The position numbers and the translations under genes are program-made. DNA of 64,000 nt from an uncultured Flavobacteriaceae bacterium. Its GTDB lineage: Bacteria > Bacteroidota > Bacteroidia > Flavobacteriales > Flavobacteriaceae. Shown here in pieces: positions 9,021 to 18,800 of this stretch; the first letter of the stretch is position 1; each line of letters begins with the position of its first letter. Below the pieces are notes generated by a model. The model was not told where the DNA came from and searched no databases. It worked only from the letters and a program-made list of their open reading frames with translations. The stretch covers positions 788 through 64,787 of the forward strand of contig CAZXDP010000009.1 in assembly GCA_964639255.1 (NCBI GenBank), written 5' to 3'.

Positions 9021-10166
9021 ATGAAAATAGCCTTCCTTACCCCCGAATACCCACACCCCAAAACCGGAAGCGCTGGGGGAATTGGCACCAGCATTATGAA
9101 TTTGGCCAAGGGATTGCACAACCAAGGACACACTGTGACAATACTTGTTTATAAACAGGATAAAGACACCTTTTTTGAACAGGCAGGGATTTCAATTTAT
9201 AAAATTAAGAATGTCAAGGTGAAAGGGTTGTCGCTATTTCTTACCCAACGAAAAGTAACGCGATTGATTAACAAATTGGTATATGAGGGGAAAATAGATA
9301 TCATTGAGGCACCAGATTGGACTGGGTTTACCTCCTTAGTTTTCCCAAAATGCCCCTTGGTGATACGATTGAACGGTAGCGACACCTATTTCTGCCACTT
9401 GGAGGAGCGTCAAGTCAAGTACCGAAATAGATGGTTGGAAAAAACGGCGCTGCTTAGAGCCGATGGTATTATTTCGGTAAGCGAATTTACAGGTAAGCTT
9501 ACCCAAAAGTTGTTTCAGTTACACAAGAAATTTACAGTCATTCCCAACAGTATTGATCTCAATAATTTTGAGCCTTCGGTAATACAAGCGAAAAATAACA
9601 CAATCCTATATTTTGGAACGCTTATTCGAAAAAAGGGCCTCTTGGAACTTCCGTTGATTTTCAACGAAATTATTAAAAAGCAACCCGATGCAAAATTGAT
9701 TTTGGTGGGGAAGGACAGTGGCGACAAGCAATCGGGCAGCCCTTCTACCTGGAAATTGATGCAACCCCTGTTCACTTCGGAAGCATTTAAAAATACGGAA
9801 TATTACGGTGTTGTGCCCTATTCTGAAATCAAACAGCACATCGCGCAAGCCACTGTGTGTGTTTTTCCTACTTTTGCCGAAGCGCTTCCGGTGTCGTGGA
9901 TTGAAGCCATGGCCTTGGAAAAGGCCATCGTGGCCTCTAGTATAGGCTGGGCGCCCGAAGTGATTGACGACGGTGTCAACGGCTATTTGGGGCATCCAAA
10001 AAACCATGACCAGTTCGCTTTTCGCATTCTTAAATTACTGAAAGAGGAGCCTCTTAGGAAGAAGATGGGGGCGGAGGCGAGAAAAAAAGTGATACAGAAA
10101 TTTAGTATTAATAAAGTTGCCGAACAGAGCGTACAGTTCTATAAAGAGATTTTAAAAGAGAAATAG
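9021..10166 (+). CDS. Glycosyltransferase family 4
   Basis: MKIAFLTPEYPHPKTGSAGGIGTS... N-terminus and ...FAEALPVSWIEAMALEKAIVASSIGWAPEVIDDGVNGYL... E-x7-E block. The ATG at 9021 is preferred to the GTG at 8997, which would overlap the upstream gene. Confidence 0.8.
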   Translation: MKIAFLTPEYPHPKTGSAGGIGTSIMNLAKGLHNQGHTVTILVYKQDKDTFFEQAGISIYKIKNVKVKGLSLFLTQRKVTRLINKLVYEGKIDIIEAPDWTGFTSLVFPKCPLVIRLNGSDTYFCHLEERQVKYRNRWLEKTALLRADGIISVSEFTGKLTQKLFQLHKKFTVIPNSIDLNNFEPSVIQAKNNTILYFGTLIRKKGLLELPLIFNEIIKKQPDAKLILVGKDSGDKQSGSPSTWKLMQPLFTSEAFKNTEYYGVVPYSEIKQHIAQATVCVFPTFAEALPVSWIEAMALEKAIVASSIGWAPEVIDDGVNGYLGHPKNHDQFAFRILKLLKEEPLRKKMGAEARKKVIQKFSINKVAEQSVQFYKEILKEK

Positions 10167-10170
10167 TGTT

Positions 10171-10316
10171 TCGATACATCCCGAAGCAAGTTCGGAACAC
10201 TCGACCTGACGATGTGCTGTCACTTCGAGTAGCTTTTAAAAAGTCCTGCTTTTTAAGAACGTATCGAGAAGCGGTCTCGATACTATCCCGAAGTCTCGGG
10301 ACCACTCGACCTGACA
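10171..10316. repeat. Inverted copies of the 3931-4146 palindromic repeat family
   Basis: TGTCACTTCGAGTAG (10218-10232) is the exact reverse complement of CTACTCGAAGTGACA (3982-3996). ACTCGACCTGAC at 10199-10210 and 10304-10315 is the reverse complement of GTCAGGCCGAGT (4009-4020) with 1 mismatch. CGTATCGAGAAG (10260-10271) is the reverse complement of CTTCTCGATACG (3939-3950). ATCCCGAAG is duplicated at 10178-10186 and 10285-10293. Confidence 0.65.
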
Positions 10317-10332
10317 ATTTAGAAGAAATAGA

Positions 10333-11877
10333 ATGACACCAGCATTTAAAACATTTCAAAATTCAAAAGGAGAAAAGTTGCTGTACCTTGGCAATCCAGA
10401 TTTCGCCCTGTTGGAAAAACTCTCCCATGGCCCTGGCGATCTTTGGCATAGCAGTTTTGAACAAGGCTATAAAAATGCCTTTCTCGATATTGTTTACCAA
10501 GCCGTGGTGTTTTTTTGGTATGTGTACGATTTTGACGGTTTGGATCAAAGCGTAAGTTGGCGGCTGAATCCAAATCTCTTTGCCATTCGTGAGCGAATTT
10601 GGAAGGAACTGGGAGGTTTTGATCCAGAGTATTCCAATCCCGACTTGCAAGCTTTCGATTTTGCCTATAATGCGCTAAGGAATGGCGGGACCATCCCCCT
10701 TTACATTAAAGGTCTCTATACGGTATTAGAACGCTCGGTTCCGCAAATTTCAACTAAGGATCGGTACGTTTTTTACCGAAAGAACTTCAAGATGGCGCAT
10801 TCTTGGTATATGCTCTTCCGGAAGGGGGCTTGGAAGTTTTCAGAATGGCGTGGCCTTCTGAATGCGAAAAAAAAGTATGTCCAGCGGACCACTTTTCCGA
10901 AGGTAAGTCCGAGGCAGTTAGATAACCTTCAAGGAAAGCCTACGGTGAGTTATATCATACCCACCATGTTACGCCAAGAATACACCTTAAACTTGCTGAA
11001 CGATCTTAGCAAACAGACCTATTTGCCAACTCAAGTGGTCGTTGTAGATGCTACTCCGCGCGAGAAACGCAATGAGGCCCTATACCAAGCTGAGAAATAT
11101 CCATTTGAAGTAGAGTTTCACTGGCAGACCACCAAGGGAAGCTGTCGGGCACGTAACGAGGCGATTGGGCGATGTACGGGAGATTACATCATTTTTGGCG
11201 ATGATGATATACGCATTCCGCCCGATTTTATTGAAGGACACCTTAGATTATTACAGACCTATAACGCTGGGGCCTGCAACGGACTTGATATTCGTGCCGA
11301 CCATCAGCAGCAGGGTTTGGAAGATCTTCAGGAAAAACTTGCCAAGATGGATGCAACGCGGTGGTATGTGGGAGCAGCTACTAGTTATAGCAATGCCAAC
11401 AGTTGTGTGAAACGGGAATATGTAAACGTGCTGGGTGGTAATGATATTAATTATGATGGTGGCTATGGTGAAGATAGTGATTTCGGAATTTCGCTTACCA
11501 AATTAGGCGTAACAGTGCTCCACAATCCTTTCTCGGCAAACTTGCACTTAAAACCGCCTGCAGGGGGATACCGATTTTGGGGAAGCGAGGGGAAATTGTT
11601 GGGAAAAAAGCGAAAGAAACAACCTTGGGAGCTTGATCATCCTGTTCGTTTTATACGTCCTGTGCCTAGCCCAACAATTATGTACCAGTTATTCAAGCAG
11701 TTCAGCGCACGGCAACGAAGAGAGTATTGTTACAAATATTTTATCCGCTATCTTGCCACGGAAACCTTATGGCAATTACCCTTACGACTTTTGAAATTGC
11801 CTTACCGTATGGTTCAGTACAACAAGTCTAAATTTTATGCCAAGCAATTGCTAGCACTCGGAAAACGGATCCAATAA
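10333..11877 (+). CDS. Glycosyltransferase family 2 with about 190-aa N-terminal extension
   Basis: GT-A motifs lie in the C-terminal two thirds: ...PTVSYIIPTMLRQEYTLNLLNDLSKQTYLPTQVVVVDATP..., DxD-like ...IIFGDDDIRIPPDF... and ...GGYGEDSDFGISL.... Confidence 0.7.
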   Translation: MTPAFKTFQNSKGEKLLYLGNPDFALLEKLSHGPGDLWHSSFEQGYKNAFLDIVYQAVVFFWYVYDFDGLDQSVSWRLNPNLFAIRERIWKELGGFDPEYSNPDLQAFDFAYNALRNGGTIPLYIKGLYTVLERSVPQISTKDRYVFYRKNFKMAHSWYMLFRKGAWKFSEWRGLLNAKKKYVQRTTFPKVSPRQLDNLQGKPTVSYIIPTMLRQEYTLNLLNDLSKQTYLPTQVVVVDATPREKRNEALYQAEKYPFEVEFHWQTTKGSCRARNEAIGRCTGDYIIFGDDDIRIPPDFIEGHLRLLQTYNAGACNGLDIRADHQQQGLEDLQEKLAKMDATRWYVGAATSYSNANSCVKREYVNVLGGNDINYDGGYGEDSDFGISLTKLGVTVLHNPFSANLHLKPPAGGYRFWGSEGKLLGKKRKKQPWELDHPVRFIRPVPSPTIMYQLFKQFSARQRREYCYKYFIRYLATETLWQLPLRLLKLPYRMVQYNKSKFYAKQLLALGKRIQ

Positions 11878-11878
11878 T

Positions 11879-12877
11879 ATGAATTTCGCCCTTATCATCT
11901 GTACCTATATGCGTCCCGAACCACTGCGGAAATTGCTCGATTCGGTGGCCTTGCAAACCCCCTATCCGGATGCGGTAATCGTTGTCGATGGTTCAAGGGA
12001 TGATGATACACGTTCTATCTTGAACCAATCTTCTTTTAAAAATCTTGAATACCATAAAGTTTCAGATGCAGATCGGGGATTGACCCGTCAACGCAACTTC
12101 GGAATCAAGAAGGTGAAAGAAGGAACTGAAATCGTTTGTTTTTTGGATGACGACACTATTTTAAAGCCCCATTATTTTAAAGCGCTAATTGGAACCTATG
12201 AAGCCTATCCTGAGGCGATTGGGGTGGGCGGATATATCATCAATGAGATTAAATGGTGGACAGTTTCAAGCGATTATCGAGCAAATCCTAGTGAATTTTG
12301 CTATGATGGTTATTGCCGAAAGGATGGATCTCGTTTTGTACTTCGGAAAAAATTAGGGCTTGATGCCAACAGACCGCCCGCTCATTTGCCAGACTTCTCC
12401 CACGGCCGCTCGGTTTCCTTTTTACCCCCTTCCGGAAAAATTTACGAAGTGGAGCAATTTATGGGAGGCGTAGCTTCCTATAAAAAAGAAGTGCTGGACA
12501 CCGAAAAATTTTCAGAATATTTTGTGGGCTATGGGCTATACGAAGATGCCGAGTTTACACTGCGGCTTTCCAACAAGGGAAAACTTTACGTGAACACCGC
12601 CGCGCAACTGGAGCATCACCATGATGCCTCGGGCCGTCCCAATGCCTATAGCTACGGGAAGATGGTAGTGCGTAATGGTTGGCTGGTGTGGCGCACCAAA
12701 CACCCAAATCCTTCATTAAAAGCAAAGCTGAAATGGCATGCCACCTCTTTATTGCTCACGCTTATTCGGTTTGGGAATGTTCTTACCGGCAGTGAGAAAA
12801 AGCCAGCCTTGCGGGAAGCGATGGGCAGGACGGCGGGCTGGTTCAGTCTGTGGTTCCATAAACCAAAGGCGCGATGA
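11879..12877 (+). CDS. Glycosyltransferase family 2
   Basis: NFALIICTYMRPEPLRKLLDSVALQTPYPDAVIVVDGSRDDDT..., ...CFLDDDTIL... (DxD), ...GLYEDAEFTLRL.... Confidence 0.75.
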   Translation: MNFALIICTYMRPEPLRKLLDSVALQTPYPDAVIVVDGSRDDDTRSILNQSSFKNLEYHKVSDADRGLTRQRNFGIKKVKEGTEIVCFLDDDTILKPHYFKALIGTYEAYPEAIGVGGYIINEIKWWTVSSDYRANPSEFCYDGYCRKDGSRFVLRKKLGLDANRPPAHLPDFSHGRSVSFLPPSGKIYEVEQFMGGVASYKKEVLDTEKFSEYFVGYGLYEDAEFTLRLSNKGKLYVNTAAQLEHHHDASGRPNAYSYGKMVVRNGWLVWRTKHPNPSLKAKLKWHATSLLLTLIRFGNVLTGSEKKPALREAMGRTAGWFSLWFHKPKAR

Positions 12878-13989
12878 GGTTAGCCATTATCACCCATGTG
12901 TTGCACCACAGGGCGGACGAAAAATGGTTCGCCTACGGCCCCTACATTCGCGAAATAAACCTTTGGGGAAACCACGTGTCCTCTATTGAAATTGTTGCAC
13001 CTACTATTAACGATTCGCCTACTGCCATACATGAGGCTTATGACCATTCAAACATAACGTTTACGAAAGTACCGGCCTTTTCATTTGTTTCTATTTGGGA
13101 TGCCACGAAAGCCCTTGTTAAAATCCCCTATATTTTATTTAAAATAGTGGGGGCGATGCGCCGGGCAGACCATATTCATTTGAGGTGCCCCGGCAATATG
13201 GGACTATTGGGATGTGTGGCCCAACTGTTTTTTCCGAGTAAACCCAAAAGCGCGAAATATGCGGGCAATTGGGATCCCAATGCAGTACAGCCCTTCAGTT
13301 ACCGCCTTCAGAAATGGTTTCTTGGCAATACATTTTTGACCCAGAATATGAAGGTCTTGGTATATGGCGAATGGTCCAATCAATCGAAAAATATCAAACC
13401 GTTTTTTACCGCCACGTATTCAGAAAAAAAACAGATGGAGGTGGTTGCAAAACGATTCGCCCCACCTTGGAAGTTCCTTTTTGTAGGTACCCTTTCGCCG
13501 GGGAAGCGTCCGGAATACGCCGTACACCTTGTCGAACAGTTGCACCAACGCGGATTTTCAGTACAGTTGGATGTATATGGTGAAGGGCCTGAACGTTCGG
13601 CATTGAAGGATTATATCAAGGCGCATCAATTAGAGGCAATAGTGATGCTACACGGCAACCAAACCGCTGATGTCATAGAAGGCGCCTATAGGGAGAGCCA
13701 TTTTTTGATCCTGCCGTCAAAATCGGAAGGATGGCCCAAGGTGGTGGCCGAAATGATGTTTTGGAGAGGTGTAGCCCTAGCCACGCCTGTTTCGTGCGTG
13801 CCTTGGATGTTGGATGGAGGAAATCGGGGTGTCCTATTGACCGAAACGGTAGCCAGGGATGTCGATAAAATAAGTACCTTGCTAGAGCAACCTCCACTGT
13901 TAGAAACTATGGCTGAAAACGCGGCGGCCTGGTCGCAAAAATATACATTGGAATCTTTTGAAGTGGCCATTAAAACCGTATTGAAATGA
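12874..13989 (+). CDS. Glycosyltransferase (GT-B, GT4/GT1-like)
   Basis: ATGA start/stop overlap with the upstream gene. C-terminal ...LILPSKSEGWPKVVAEMMFWRGVALATPVSCVPWMLDGGNRGVL... resembles the GT4 E-x7-E region. Confidence 0.65.
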   Translation: MRLAIITHVLHHRADEKWFAYGPYIREINLWGNHVSSIEIVAPTINDSPTAIHEAYDHSNITFTKVPAFSFVSIWDATKALVKIPYILFKIVGAMRRADHIHLRCPGNMGLLGCVAQLFFPSKPKSAKYAGNWDPNAVQPFSYRLQKWFLGNTFLTQNMKVLVYGEWSNQSKNIKPFFTATYSEKKQMEVVAKRFAPPWKFLFVGTLSPGKRPEYAVHLVEQLHQRGFSVQLDVYGEGPERSALKDYIKAHQLEAIVMLHGNQTADVIEGAYRESHFLILPSKSEGWPKVVAEMMFWRGVALATPVSCVPWMLDGGNRGVLLTETVARDVDKISTLLEQPPLLETMAENAAAWSQKYTLESFEVAIKTVLK

Positions 13990-15038
13990 ACGTTTTGCAG
14001 CTTATCGATTCCCTGGCGCCGGGCGGGGCCGAACGGATGGCGGTCAATTTGGCCAATGCGCTATTTCAAAAGGGTTTTCGGTCGCATATTATGGCTACTC
14101 GATGTGGAGGATCCTTGGAGCAGATGGTAATAGCTCCGCTTTCGGTGGTCATTCTGAAAAAAGGGCATACATTAGATTTACGCGCTCTTTCAAAAGCTGT
14201 GGCCTATATAAAGAGTAATGGGATCACCATAATCCACGCGCACACCACTTCTTATTTTTTTGCTACATTATTGAAAATTAAAGTACCTGAAGTACGTCTC
14301 ATCTGGCACGAACATCACGGATTTCGTGAACAAACAACACTTTGGAATAATAAGGTGTTGTATTTCTGTTCTCATTTTTTCTCAGCCATCATTACTGTTA
14401 ATGAAGGGTTACAGTCTTGGTGCCGAAAGAACTTAAAGGTTCGAACTGTAGTTTATCTGCCGAATTTTGTTCCACAACAGATTAATGAGCCAAAGTTGGG
14501 TGCCAATGAAAAGGTAATTGTCTGTCTGGCCAATTTAAAAACTCCAAAAAACCATTTGAATTTAATAAAGGCATTTTCGTTAGTGGCTGTACAATTTCCA
14601 GATTGGTCGCTCCATTTAATCGGCAAGCACTTTGGTGATCGGTATGCACGGGAGATAGAATTGTATTTAGAAGAAAATGGATTGTCTGACAAGGTACTGC
14701 TTCTGGGGAGTCGTAATGATGTCCTCCAGTTGTTGCAGCAATCGAGCATAGGTGTCATTACTTCCGATAGTGAGGGTCTGCCTATGGCTCTCTTGGAATA
14801 TGGCTTGGCTGGTCTCGCGGTGGTGACCACCGATGTAGGCCAGTGCCGTGAGGTAGTCTTAGGAAATGGGATAGTTGTCCCACCTAACGATCCGAAGGCT
14901 CTTTCAAAAGCTATCAAGACGTACATTGCAGATAGTGTACGGCGCGAAAGCGATGCTGCGTCCTTTAAGGTACACGTGGAGAAAAATTATACCTTTGATG
15001 CTATCTGGCCCCATTTGAAAAAAGTTTACACCGCTTGA
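13986..15038 (+). CDS. Glycosyltransferase family 4
   Basis: ATGA overlap with the upstream gene. N-terminal ...LAPGGAERMAVNLANAL.... Also ...ITSDSEGLPMALLEYGLAGLAVVTTDVGQCREVV.... Confidence 0.8.
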   Translation: MNVLQLIDSLAPGGAERMAVNLANALFQKGFRSHIMATRCGGSLEQMVIAPLSVVILKKGHTLDLRALSKAVAYIKSNGITIIHAHTTSYFFATLLKIKVPEVRLIWHEHHGFREQTTLWNNKVLYFCSHFFSAIITVNEGLQSWCRKNLKVRTVVYLPNFVPQQINEPKLGANEKVIVCLANLKTPKNHLNLIKAFSLVAVQFPDWSLHLIGKHFGDRYAREIELYLEENGLSDKVLLLGSRNDVLQLLQQSSIGVITSDSEGLPMALLEYGLAGLAVVTTDVGQCREVVLGNGIVVPPNDPKALSKAIKTYIADSVRRESDAASFKVHVEKNYTFDAIWPHLKKVYTA

Positions 15039-16390
15039 GGAGGTTACGCGACATAAAATCGATCACCTATGTGCAATTGGTATTGGCCCACGTTGCGCTC
15101 GGACTCTTACTCTTTACCTTTCGCCCCCTGTCCAAATTCGTTCTGTTCGCGGTAATCTTGTATTTTCTCTACCGCATCTTCAACAACGGAAACCGAAAAG
15201 ACGAGGTATTGCTGGCTGCAGGTTACATCACGGGTTTTGAGGTGTTTTCGCGGATGACCGGCGGGGCGTTTAGCTATGAGTTTGCGAAGTATGCCGTCAT
15301 CGGATTTTTAAGCTTGGGCATGTTCTTTAGAGGTTTCAATAGTAAGTCGTGGCCTTATATATTTTACTTGCTATGCCTATTGCCAGGCATTCTATTTTCG
15401 GCGATCAATCTTAGCTACGGCGCTAAGATCGGCAACGCAATCGGATTTAATCTAAGCGGTCCTATATGTCTTGGTATTGCTGCCTTGTATTGCTATAATC
15501 GAAAAATGCCAATGGAGCGGTTGCAGGGGATTCTATTGGCGGTGACATTGCCAATTGTTTCTACTACCACCTATCTGTATTTATATACACCGAGCATACG
15601 GGAGGTATTGGACGGAACAGCCTCTAATTTTGCCGCCTCTGGGGGCTATGGCCCCAATCAGGTGGCAACCGTTTTGGGCTTGGCGATGATTATACTGTTT
15701 TCCCGCTTATTTTTGATCAAATCTCGATTGGTAAATAGTATCGATTTGATTCTGTTGGCAGCCATTAGCTATCGGGCCATCATCACATTCTCTAGGGGCG
15801 GGGTCATCACTGCCATCGCCTGTATTATCGTTTTTATAGCGATTTATTTTATACGATCGAACGTTCGGGAACGAGCCATTGCTATTCCCAAGGTGGTTGT
15901 GATGGTATTGGTGGGATTGTCCATTTGGGGTTTTTCATCGCTCACTACGGAAGGTCTAATCGATAAGCGCTACGCCAATCAAGATGCCCTGGGGAGGGAA
16001 AAAGCAGATGTTACCACCGGCCGGGCCGAATTGATCGAATCGGAATTACAAGCTTTTTACGACCACCCCATCACCGGAATTGGGGTAGGCAAGAATAAGG
16101 AATATCGTTTGGAAACCATAGGGGAGCTTTCCGCAACGCACAATGAGGTGAGCCGTATGTTAGCTGAGCACGGGCTACTGGGCGTTATTGCACTAGGTAT
16201 TTTGGGGTTAACACCCTTGCTTTATCGTATACGGAATAGAACAAATGTGTATCTATTTTCCTTTCTCATTTTTTGGTTTTTAACCATCAACCATTCCTCT
16301 ATGCGAATCGCTGCCCCTGCATTTATATACGGCCTTAGTTTGATCACCATAATCCACGGCACCCATGGCACTCGCATACATAGGCAATAA
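15035..16390 (+). CDS. O-antigen polymerase/ligase-like polytopic membrane protein (Wzy-type)
   Basis: About 10-12 predicted TM segments. There is a large loop ...EGLIDKRYANQDALGREKADVTTGRAELIESELQAF..., then ...THNEVSRMLAEHGLLG..., typical of the O-antigen ligase/Wzy_C family. The TTG start overlaps the upstream TGA; the exact start is uncertain. Confidence 0.6.
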   Translation: MRRLRDIKSITYVQLVLAHVALGLLLFTFRPLSKFVLFAVILYFLYRIFNNGNRKDEVLLAAGYITGFEVFSRMTGGAFSYEFAKYAVIGFLSLGMFFRGFNSKSWPYIFYLLCLLPGILFSAINLSYGAKIGNAIGFNLSGPICLGIAALYCYNRKMPMERLQGILLAVTLPIVSTTTYLYLYTPSIREVLDGTASNFAASGGYGPNQVATVLGLAMIILFSRLFLIKSRLVNSIDLILLAAISYRAIITFSRGGVITAIACIIVFIAIYFIRSNVRERAIAIPKVVVMVLVGLSIWGFSSLTTEGLIDKRYANQDALGREKADVTTGRAELIESELQAFYDHPITGIGVGKNKEYRLETIGELSATHNEVSRMLAEHGLLGVIALGILGLTPLLYRIRNRTNVYLFSFLIFWFLTINHSSMRIAAPAFIYGLSLITIIHGTHGTRIHRQ

Positions 16391-17375
16391 GACTTCACCA
16401 TCAGGAGGCAGTGTCACTACCCTCGAAACCTTAACGGGCTTATTGGAAACCGAGGGGTTTACCGTTTATACAGCTTCGAGCCGGAAGAATAAATTGTGGC
16501 GATTCATCCACATGATGCAAACCGTTTTCAGAAACAGGAAAATTCTTTCAATGGTATTGATCGATACCTATAGTACACAGAATTTTTACTATGCAGTTCT
16601 CATAGCCAAATTGTGCCGGGCTTTCCGTTTGAAATACATACCCATACTCCACGGAGGAAATCTTCCGTATCGCCTTTCCGAAAACCCTAAGTTATGCCGT
16701 TCGCTCTTCGGGAAGGCATACACCAACGTGGCTCCCTCACGGTATCTGTTAGAAGCTTTTCGGGAAAAAGGATTTAAGAATCTTACCTATATTCCAAATA
16801 TTATTGAGCTTGTAAAATATCCTTTTCGGCACCGTATGCACGTACAGCCTAAATTGTTGTGGGTGCGTTCCTTTGCCGCACTGTACAATCCTGATTTGGC
16901 ACTGGAGGTTTTGGAGGCTCTTCTGAAACAAGGTGTAGACGCAACCTTATGTATGGTAGGACCCGATAAAGATGGCAGTCTGGCCCGCTGCAAGGCTTAT
17001 GCCCAAGAACGAAATTTGCCCGTTACCTTTACCGGAAAATTGGAAAAGGACGAATGGATCGCCCTGGCCGCCTCTTACGATATCTTTCTCAATACAACAA
17101 ATATAGACAATACCCCGGTAAGTGTCATCGAAGCTATGGCCCTAGGATTGCCGGTAATTTCCACCAACGTGGGAGGCATTCCATACCTCTTGGAGCACGA
17201 TCGCAATGCGCTGTTGGTTCTACCCAATGATCGCGATGCGTTTGTCGAACAACTCATTCGCCTTTTAAATACTCCCAACCTTGCCGGCTCCTTATCACAG
17301 CAAGGCAGAGAAATGGTTTCGGCTTTTGACTGGCAGCAGGTAAAACCCCTTTGGCTGAAGCTTTTGCGCCATTAA
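16365..17375 (+). CDS. Glycosyltransferase family 4
   Basis: ...NTTNIDNTPVSVIEAMALGLPVISTNVGGIPYLLEHDRNALLV... E-x7-E-type block. It overlaps the Wzy-like gene by 26 nt. Confidence 0.75.
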   Translation: MALAYIGNKTSPSGGSVTTLETLTGLLETEGFTVYTASSRKNKLWRFIHMMQTVFRNRKILSMVLIDTYSTQNFYYAVLIAKLCRAFRLKYIPILHGGNLPYRLSENPKLCRSLFGKAYTNVAPSRYLLEAFREKGFKNLTYIPNIIELVKYPFRHRMHVQPKLLWVRSFAALYNPDLALEVLEALLKQGVDATLCMVGPDKDGSLARCKAYAQERNLPVTFTGKLEKDEWIALAASYDIFLNTTNIDNTPVSVIEAMALGLPVISTNVGGIPYLLEHDRNALLVLPNDRDAFVEQLIRLLNTPNLAGSLSQQGREMVSAFDWQQVKPLWLKLLRH

Positions 17376-17414
17376 ATAAATCCCTACTTTTACGGCAAGC
17401 AATCTACTCCCCCG

Positions 17415-18800
17415 ATGACCCAGAAGTCCAATATCCATTTCGATATATCTGAACGTAAGGTCCTGCTGAGGATTATGGACATCGTTAGCGTGTTGGCAGT
17501 GCTGTACGGAGTGGGAAAATTTTTTCATTTCGATTATTTCGAGTTCACTGAGGACAACTGGTATTGGTCTGTCGTCTTGGCGCTCTACCTTACTCTGTTT
17601 GCTACCATTTTTGAGCTGTACGATCTTCAGAAAGCGAGCCGATTTGAGATAGTGGCGCAAAATGTAGTACTGGCGTCATCCGTTACCGTGCTCTTTTATT
17701 TGCTAACACCCTTTTATACGCCTACACTGCCAGAAAACCGGTTGCAAATCATCTATTTCTACCTTTCGGTAAACCTTGCTTTATTGCTTTGGCGCTACGC
17801 TTACATCACCTTTATTTCGGCACCGCGTTTTTTTAAGCGGCTATTGCTTATTGGCGACGCCGCTACGATCGATTTAATCGTAACTTCCCTTCAGAAATCA
17901 GATCCCAACTATAAGGTCGTCGGTTTTATCAATACTGGCAAAACAGAATACTCTACCAAGGCGATCCTGGAGTTCAACGAACTCAACATCCACAAAATAA
18001 TTGCTGAACATGCCATTTCCGAAGTGGTCGTCGCAGTGCCCGAAGGCGCCGGGATGACCGTTGCCCTAAACAATCAGCTTATTAGGGTGTTAGAACAGGG
18101 CGTGCACATTCGGGCGTACACCCAAGTATATGAGGAAATCACGCGCCGAGTGCCTGTACAGCACGTCTCGACCGACTTTTACCGGTATTTCCCTTTTAGC
18201 CGAAGCAACCAGAATAAGCTCTATTTATTCATCCATAGGGTGATGGATCTACTGTTCTCCATCATAGGGTTGCTATTCGGTATTTTTTTGGCCCCCTGCA
18301 TATTTATTGGGAATCTTTGCGGAAACCGCGGACCGCTTTTTTATACGCAGACCCGCGTGGGGAAGAATGGGGCGCATTTCAGGATTTACAAACTGCGAAG
18401 CATGGTGACCGATGCCGAAAGGGACGGCGCGGCATACGCTTCGCTCAAGGATTCGAGAGTCACAAAATTCGGAAGATTTCTAAGGCGAACGCGCATCGAT
18501 GAGATTCCGCAGTTCATCAACGTGATTAAGGGAGAAATGAGCATTATTGGTCCGCGTCCCGAGCGTCCTATTTTTGTGAAGGAACTTTCGGAAAAGATAC
18601 CATTTTACGAAATTCGGCACTTGGTAAAACCGGGCCTTACCGGTTGGGCGCAGGTAAATGCCAAGTATGGTTCTACGGAGGCCGATGCGCTCGAAAAGTT
18701 GCAGTACGACCTTTATTATATTAAACGCCGCAGCATTTTCCTCGATGCAAGCATTTTGATGAAAACCCTTAGTACCGTTATCTTTTTCAGGGGGCAATAA
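17415..18800 (+). CDS. Polyprenyl-phosphate glycosyl-phosphotransferase (WbaP/EpsB-type initiating sugar transferase)
   Basis: N-terminal TM helices plus a central domain. The C-terminal bacterial sugar-transferase domain reads ...FRIYKLRSMVTDAE...RRTRIDEIPQFINVIKGEMSIIGPRPERP...KPGLTGWAQVN.... Confidence 0.85.
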   Translation: MTQKSNIHFDISERKVLLRIMDIVSVLAVLYGVGKFFHFDYFEFTEDNWYWSVVLALYLTLFATIFELYDLQKASRFEIVAQNVVLASSVTVLFYLLTPFYTPTLPENRLQIIYFYLSVNLALLLWRYAYITFISAPRFFKRLLLIGDAATIDLIVTSLQKSDPNYKVVGFINTGKTEYSTKAILEFNELNIHKIIAEHAISEVVVAVPEGAGMTVALNNQLIRVLEQGVHIRAYTQVYEEITRRVPVQHVSTDFYRYFPFSRSNQNKLYLFIHRVMDLLFSIIGLLFGIFLAPCIFIGNLCGNRGPLFYTQTRVGKNGAHFRIYKLRSMVTDAERDGAAYASLKDSRVTKFGRFLRRTRIDEIPQFINVIKGEMSIIGPRPERPIFVKELSEKIPFYEIRHLVKPGLTGWAQVNAKYGSTEADALEKLQYDLYYIKRRSIFLDASILMKTLSTVIFFRGQ

